Positions 59,360 through 64,000 of a DNA stretch of 64,000 bases are shown here, piece after piece. The translations under genes and the position numbers were made by a program. The notes beneath the pieces are model-generated. The model worked only from the letters and a program-made list of their open reading frames with translations. It was not told the DNA's origin and ran no database searches. Numbering within the stretch: position 1 is the first letter of the stretch; each line of letters begins with the position of its first letter. The stretch comes from a virus: positions 30,159-94,158 of the IMG/VR virus record IMGVR_UViG_3300032289_001637. One strand, 5' to 3'.

Positions 59360-60228
59360 TACTGTAAGTTTCCAATCAATACCCAAGTATTGGTCCCACG
59401 TTTAATCAAAGTTGCAGCAGACCATCTAGATTTAATTATGCGACTAGTAGCACCAGTAAGAGAATAGTAGTCAACTGTTACACTAGCAGAAGGAGAAATA
59501 GTTGTTGCACCAGCACCAGTTTGAATAACAGTAATTTCAGTACCAATTGGAAAAGCAACGCTTGCATTAAGTGGAACGGTAAGTGTATTAGCAGAAGCAT
59601 TGTTCATCTCAACATACTTACCAGCATCAGAAAGAATAAGAGTATAAGTAGTACCAGTTTGAGCATTAGTTGATGGATATAGTGGTGCATAAGTTGTAGA
59701 AGCAGATGCCTGGGTTAGGTAAGTTGTTGAGGCAGATGCTTGAGGAAGATACGTTGTAGAAGCAGATGCCTGGGTTAGGTACGTTGTTGAGGCAGATGCT
59801 TGAGGAAGATACGTTGTAGAAGCAGATGCCTGGGTTAGGTACGTTGTTGAGGCAGATGCTCTGGTTAGATAGTTTGTAGAAGCAGATGCCTGGGTTAGGT
59901 ACGTTGTTGAGGCAGATGCTTGAGGAAGATACGTTGTAGAAGCAGAAGCCTGGGTTAGGTACGTTGTTGAGGCAGATGCTCTGGTTAGATAGTTTGTAGA
60001 AGCAGAAGCCTGAGTTAGGTAAGTTGTTGAGGCAGATGCTGCAGTTAAATATGCTGATAAATCTGAACTATCTAGGAAATAATCTAAAGCAGACCAAACA
60101 CTTGATCCATTTCCAATTTTAAATTTTCCAGTATTTGTTTCAAATCCAATTTCACCTGCAAAAAGAGTGGGATTAGCACTTGTCCAGTTTGCTGCGGTAT
60201 CTCTTCTTACTTGAATTTTAGTTGCCAT
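59359..60228 (-). CDS. Fibre protein with Mtd_N-like N-terminus and 10-aa repeat stalk
   Basis: IQVRRDTAANW...GEIGFETNTGKFKIGNG; 12 TTYLTQASAS-like units; C-terminal NAQTGTTYTL domain. Confidence 0.8.
   Translation of the reverse strand: MATKIQVRRDTAANWTSANPTLFAGEIGFETNTGKFKIGNGSSVWSALDYFLDSSDLSAYLTAASASTTYLTQASASTNYLTRASASTTYLTQASASTTYLPQASASTTYLTQASASTNYLTRASASTTYLTQASASTTYLPQASASTTYLTQASASTTYLPQASASTTYLTQASASTTYAPLYPSTNAQTGTTYTLILSDAGKYVEMNNASANTLTVPLNASVAFPIGTEITVIQTGAGATTISPSASVTVDYYSLTGATSRIIKSRWSAATLIKRGTNTWVLIGNLQ
59690..60052 (-). repeat. 30-bp tandem array (TTYLTQASAS x12)
   Basis: Directly visible 30-bp periodicity. Confidence 0.95.
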
Positions 60229-60274
60229 AATAATTAATTATATCATTAAAGATTAATTATAATTCTGCAAACTA

Positions 60275-61762
60275 CTACAATTCCGCACTAAATCCGATAT
60301 AGCCAGAAGATGAAAGAGAAAGAACAATTCCCTCACCAATGGTAAATACTGAACTCCCATGTGTGTAAGTAATTGTTGGAATACCTATTGCTTGTAATGT
60401 AGAAGTCAAAACAGTAGTTCCTGTGTTGTATAAAGTCCCAGCCGAAGCAAATCTTGAAACAGAAAAACCTGAAGAATCAATAGATGAAGCTTGAGTTCTA
60501 AGTGAATTTACTGCAAGAACAGGAGCATTAATACCAGTTGCAGAAAACGCATATCCCGTGCCGATAAGAGATGTAGAACCATTGCCATTTAGTCTGTGGT
60601 AATACCTTCGACACAATTCTAGTTCTATACCAACATGTCTGTACTCAAAAGGGGTAGCGGTTGAACCTAGTTCTAGTTGTAAGCCTGTAACTTCAAACCA
60701 GTCATTAGCACCAGCAGTGCCAACTGGTGTTTGAAGAAGAAGAATTGATAGTGAAGACATAGTACTTGAAATAGTTGCTGTATAAGTAAAGCGTTGCCAA
60801 GAAGTAGTTAAAGTTGCTGTACTATTAAGTGCATTTGTTTGATTAGTCATACCATTACGAACAGATTCGTCAATACCAGTTCCTGTAACCAGTTGTACGG
60901 TTAAGGCGTTTGAAGCAGCTGAGTAGTTAGCTCCAGCACGAGCGTAAAAAGATAAGGAAACAGTCCTTCCTCTTAAAGCCCAAGCGTTAGCGGTCTCAAT
61001 ATGTTGAGTAAAAGCAATTGCTGCAGTGGATATATCACTTGCTATACGCTGAACACGAAGTGCGTAACGAAAATTTGCAGGAATTGTTGCGGTATCAGTA
61101 CTTTGAGACCAAGAAGCTCCTGAAGCTAACCCTGCTCGGTAAACATTCCAACGATCTGCTGTGTAAACAGTAGATGCACCAATAGCTGTAGGACTAGCTG
61201 TAGTAGGTGCACCACGTTGCCAAATATCCATTTCACCATTAATAATTAAGTTACGAAAACCTGTTTGAGCTGTTGGAACTATTGGTGCATAAGTGCTTGA
61301 GGCAGATGCTTGGGTAAGATAGGTACTTGAAGCAGAAGCCTGGGTAAGATAGGTACTTGAAGCAGATACCTGAGGAAGATAGGTACTTGAAGCAGATGCT
61401 TGGGTAAGATAGGTACTTGAAGCAGATGCCTGAGGAAGATACGTTGTTGATGCAGAAGCCTGGGTTAGGTATGTTGTTGAGGCAGATGCTCTGGTTAGAT
61501 AGTTTGTGGAAGCAGAAGCCTGGGTAAGATAGGTACTTGAAGCAGATGCCTGAGGAAGATACGTTGTAGAAGCAGAAGCCTGAGTTAGGTAAGTTGTAGA
61601 GGCAGATGCTCTGGTTAGATAGGTTGTTGATGCAGAAGCCTGGGTCAGGTAAGTTGTAGAAGCAGAAGACTGAGTAAGATATATGACTGAGGCAGATGCC
61701 TGGGTAAGTAGGGATCCTAGCTGAGATGATGAAGCTGTTCTAACAACTGTTACATTTGCCAT
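60275..61762 (-). CDS. Fibre protein with 10-aa repeat stalk and carbohydrate-binding-like head
   Basis: 14 repeat units, then FRNLIINGEMDIWQRG...QLELGSTATPFEYR...CRRYY. Confidence 0.8.
   Translation of the reverse strand: MANVTVVRTASSSQLGSLLTQASASVIYLTQSSASTTYLTQASASTTYLTRASASTTYLTQASASTTYLPQASASSTYLTQASASTNYLTRASASTTYLTQASASTTYLPQASASSTYLTQASASSTYLPQVSASSTYLTQASASSTYLTQASASSTYAPIVPTAQTGFRNLIINGEMDIWQRGAPTTASPTAIGASTVYTADRWNVYRAGLASGASWSQSTDTATIPANFRYALRVQRIASDISTAAIAFTQHIETANAWALRGRTVSLSFYARAGANYSAASNALTVQLVTGTGIDESVRNGMTNQTNALNSTATLTTSWQRFTYTATISSTMSSLSILLLQTPVGTAGANDWFEVTGLQLELGSTATPFEYRHVGIELELCRRYYHRLNGNGSTSLIGTGYAFSATGINAPVLAVNSLRTQASSIDSSGFSVSRFASAGTLYNTGTTVLTSTLQAIGIPTITYTHGSSVFTIGEGIVLSLSSSGYIGFSAEL
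61290..61711 (-). repeat. 30-bp tandem array (TTYLTQASAS x14)
   Basis: Directly visible 30-bp periodicity. Confidence 0.95.
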
Positions 61763-61770
61763 AATGATTA

Positions 61771-61779
61771 ATTATACCA
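61771..61779 (-). promoter_or_regulatory. Extended -10 promoter TGGTATAAT heading the structural block
   Basis: 8 nt upstream of ATG 61762; similar TGnTAnAAT elements precede many minus-strand genes. Confidence 0.7.
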
Positions 61780-62434
61780 TTTTAAAAAATTCGCAAAAAA
61801 TCCGCAAATTAAAAACGCAAAAATCGGCAAAATAGTATAACCCACCCCCTTATATAAATATACAGCTACGCTGTTCTTTGTTATATATGGAGGATTTTTT
61901 GGGGGTTTGAATTATTATATAAATATGCAGATATTCCCTATATGAAGAATATGCCAGATATGTCTATATTGTCAACATGTTAATAAGAATAAAGGATGCT
62001 AACGCATATGACCAGAAATGAATTTAATTAACCCCGAAAATATACAAAAATAGATGTTTTTATTTATTAACTGCCAGATAGTGTAGACATTAAAATTGCT
62101 ACTATTATAATCCAGAAGATGTATCTATAGTATTCTTTATTACTCATGTGTTTCTCTTTCTTTTAATAATTTCATTCCCCTGCCCCCCGAATTTTCTAAA
62201 ACTTTTTTGATTCGCTGCACTCATAGTGTAATTGCATTTTTTATACTTGTCAAGTTGAGCTGCCAGAAACATTGAACTATTGAATTATTTGTAACACAAT
62301 TGTAACATATCATCTCACATATTGAGATATATATTCATTACCCCGCAAAATCTGAATATTTTTATTTTTGCAGCTAGATCCCATTTTGAAGAAAATCTGA
62401 ATATTTTGTTAATGTGTATGATGCGTAAAAATAG

Positions 62435-62461
62435 AAAAAGCTCACCTTTTTATTAGTGAGC
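62435..62461 (-). terminator. Intrinsic terminator of the leftward early operon
   Basis: GCTCAC-loop-GTGAGC-TTTTT right after the stop at 62470. Confidence 0.7.
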
Positions 62462-62469
62462 CCATCTGG

Positions 62470-62655
62470 TTAGATAATTTGAAAGTCTTCTACCTCTTGG
62501 CAGTTCAAACAATTTTCTAAGTCTTCACAATAGCAACCGTGAAATTCTCCTGCACAGTCTTGACAATAGAGAACACTAGTTGACTTTTTATTTTTAGAAT
62601 TGAAAGCCTTTCCAATTCGATGTCCTGGATGTTCTAAAGTTATAGAATTAATCAT
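62470..62655 (-). CDS. Small Cys-rich early protein
   Basis: CQDC...CYC...CLNC; third gene of the leftward operon. Confidence 0.6.
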   Translation of the reverse strand: MINSITLEHPGHRIGKAFNSKNKKSTSVLYCQDCAGEFHGCYCEDLENCLNCQEVEDFQII

Positions 62656-62658
62656 TTC

Positions 62659-62847
62659 TTACCCCTCTAACATTTCGCAAATACCTGCACCAATGGCAGA
62701 TAGTAAACCGATAACGGCTGTCGCTATCATCACATTGGCAGACATAAAGTCAAAGCCAATAACTAGTAATTGTAATTCTAGTAGTAGTGCAGGTAATGAG
62801 AATACCGCAATGAATACAAGTGGTGCAATAAGGTTGTAGATAAACAT
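62659..62847 (-). CDS. Small two-TM membrane protein
   Basis: 62 aa, almost fully hydrophobic. Confidence 0.6.
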   Translation of the reverse strand: MFIYNLIAPLVFIAVFSLPALLLELQLLVIGFDFMSANVMIATAVIGLLSAIGAGICEMLEG

Positions 62848-62850
62848 AAT

Positions 62851-62982
62851 TTAGAATTCCTCTGTTAGTTCGTAGGAGTCAGGTTCGCAGATAATGCAAT
62901 ACACATTTTCCCAAGGGGTTAGTTTGTCTCCACATTCAACACACTTGGTTTTAGTAATGTTCTCGTATGCTAGTTCAGTCAT
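62851..62982 (-). CDS. Small Zn-finger early protein (43 aa; not in ORF track)
   Basis: MTELAYENITKTKCVECGDKLTPWENVYCIICEPDSYELTEEF; GAAAGGA RBS. Confidence 0.7.
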   Translation of the reverse strand: MTELAYENITKTKCVECGDKLTPWENVYCIICEPDSYELTEEF

Positions 62983-63014
62983 TTTGACTTCCTTTCGTTT
63001 GTTTCTATGTTCTA

Positions 63015-63036
63015 AACTTAGCAGATACCACCGACA
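63015..63036 (-). promoter_or_regulatory. Early-type promoter repeat TGTC-N9-TGC-TAAGTT (leftward)
   Basis: Same spacing as the three rightward copies. Confidence 0.65.
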
Positions 63037-63082
63037 AAATCAAGCCAGAAACGCCTTTTTGAGATGAATAGTTAGTGAACAA

Positions 63083-63229
63083 TAACTCACAGGTTATCCA
63101 CAGGATCCAGGCTGCGCCCCGTTTTCCACAGGTTATCCACAGCCTGTTAAGAAGTTGTTAATAAGTCCCCATTTTCTATGTATAAGTTGTGTATAACTAC
63201 TATGATTTATGTGTATAAGTTGTGAATTA
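63083..63229. promoter_or_regulatory. DnaA-box cluster
   Basis: TTATCCACA at 63094 and 63133, TTTTCCACA at 63122; reverse TTATACACA at 63188 and 63210; three degenerate copies. Confidence 0.75.
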
Positions 63230-63277
63230 ATTGTTCATCTATTGTTCATTTAACTACCCCCCTAAATGGGGCAAAAT

Positions 63278-63299
63278 TGTCAGACCCCTCTGCTAAGAT
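63278..63299 (+). promoter_or_regulatory. Early-type promoter repeat TGTC-N9-TGC-TAAGAT
   Basis: TGTCAGACCCCTCTGCTAAGAT. Confidence 0.7.
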
Positions 63300-63313
63300 G
63301 AAATCATAAAGCA

Positions 63314-63372
63314 GTTGAGAATGAGCCTAGCAAATAATCCCGCAAGGGTGAGCCTAGCAAATAAGTCTTAAC
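63314..63372 (+). ncRNA. Candidate structured leader RNA with two-fold symmetry
   Basis: Outer stem GTTGAGA/TCTTAAC, two exact TGAGCCTAGCAAATAA copies, central CCC-GCAA-GGG hairpin. Confidence 0.55.
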
Positions 63373-63393
63373 ACAAACGAAAGGGAAACCGAA

Positions 63394-63543
63394 ATGGCTT
63401 TCACTAAAATCAAAAATGCAAGACTGCTACTAGATGCAGTAAAGGGTTTGGAATACTATGAAAAGCAGTATCCACTAAACGAGTTAATGATTGCTTACTA
63501 CAAAAAGCAGGTTGAGGAATTAACTAAACGAGTCTACGGTTAA
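63394..63543 (+). CDS. Small early protein (49 aa; not in ORF track)
   Basis: MAFTKIKNARLLLDAVKGLEYYEKQYPLNELMIAYYKKQVEELTKRVYG; GAAAGGGA RBS. Confidence 0.7.
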   Translation: MAFTKIKNARLLLDAVKGLEYYEKQYPLNELMIAYYKKQVEELTKRVYG

Positions 63544-63547
63544 AAAC

Positions 63548-63569
63548 TGTCAGACCCTTATGCTAAGAT
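63548..63569 (+). promoter_or_regulatory. Early-type promoter repeat
   Basis: TGTCAGACCCTTATGCTAAGAT. Confidence 0.7.
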
Positions 63570-63603
63570 AAAACTACTAAACAAAAAAAGAAAGAGGTCA
63601 CAA

Positions 63604-63810
63604 ATGACTTACTCAGATGTAATGGAATTAGTAACTACCCCAATGGGTAACACATTCTACAACACCATTCGCTACTATGACGAATGTGAGATTTGCCAAT
63701 CTGCTATGGCTAAAGGTGAGATGCCTTTCATCTCTCACGAGAATTGCTTATACAAGGGCAAGCGTATCGGACACTCATTTGGTCATTGTACCGCTGGGAG
63801 TTGCTACTAA
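63604..63810 (+). CDS. Small Cys/His-rich early protein
   Basis: CEIC...SHENC...GH..GHCTAGSCY; GAAAGAGG RBS. Confidence 0.7.
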   Translation: MTYSDVMELVTTPMGNTFYNTIRYYDECEICQSAMAKGEMPFISHENCLYKGKRIGHSFGHCTAGSCY

Positions 63811-63941
63811 TGAACATTTGCCAAAACTGTGATGAATGGTCAGAATGGAAATCCTGCCCTGCCTGTGATGAATCTATCTGTGGCTATTGTGTCTACTATG
63901 TAGAGCAAGACCTAGCCAACTGTGACCGATACGGTCACTAA
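63810..63941 (+). CDS. Small Cys-rich early protein (start MNICQNC)
   Basis: TAATG coupling; three CxxC motifs. Confidence 0.65.
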   Translation: MNICQNCDEWSEWKSCPACDESICGYCVYYVEQDLANCDRYGH

Positions 63942-63945
63942 AAAC

Positions 63946-63967
63946 TGTCAGACCTCTATGGTAAGAT
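63946..63967 (+). promoter_or_regulatory. Early-type promoter repeat
   Basis: TGTCAGACCTCTATGGTAAGAT followed by an ACAAACGAAAGG leader. Confidence 0.7.
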
Positions 63968-64000
63968 AAAACTAATAAACAAACAAACGAAAGGTTGCCA

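Noticed and set aside
59690-61711. 30-bp repeats as CRISPR arrays
   Set aside because: Units are contiguous with no unique spacers, are in frame, and vary mostly at synonymous or conservative positions
59359-61762. Diversity-generating retroelement suggested by the Mtd_N-like domain
   Set aside because: No reverse transcriptase and no template/variable repeat pair with adenine-specific mismatches seen in the window
1-61762. Stop-codon reassignment
   Set aside because: Standard code gives full-length, tightly packed genes using TAA, TAG and TGA as stops
61763-63393. tRNA genes in the non-coding regions
   Set aside because: No cloverleaf with a T-loop GTTCGA and acceptor stem recognised
63744-63809. 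5' extension of the last ORF in the ORF track
   Set aside because: Overlaps the upstream gene; the TAATG-coupled ATG at 63810 is the more plausible start

Overview
A 64 kb, AT-rich segment of a large tailed dsDNA phage (siphovirus-type). Its gene order resembles the large actinobacteriophages such as Streptomyces clusters BE/BK, so an actinobacterial host is inferred but not proven. Almost everything from 1 to 61.8 kb is on the minus strand. In transcription order it encodes: a ~15 kb block of fibre/decoration/FN3 proteins, a holin, a glycosyltransferase, a class II RNR, portal, protease-scaffold, capsid, neck and tail genes, a 3243-aa tape measure protein (TMP), baseplate genes, then DnaB, primase, SSB, DnaE, MazG, RecA, Hjc, Cas4-like and RuvC genes, and a probable small terminase running off the left edge. 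The last 2.2 kb is a non-coding/early region with divergent repeated promoters and short genes. Strongest observations: (1) a symmetric array of eight DnaA-box-like 9-mers between the divergent early promoters; (2) a two-fold-symmetric structured RNA leader on the first rightward transcript; (3) a TMP carrying cargo domains, including a kinase-like fold, bracketed by repeated N-x-GG / VPAMLTPGEFVV motifs; (4) a Ser-Ala-Ser/Ser-Gly-Ser motif strongly enriched in tail/fibre proteins and amplified into tandem arrays, next to a phage glycosyltransferase (candidate virion glycosylation system); (5) modular fibre/adhesin docking pairs and an apparently catalytically dead amidase. All calls were made by eye from motifs and synteny; no searches were run.
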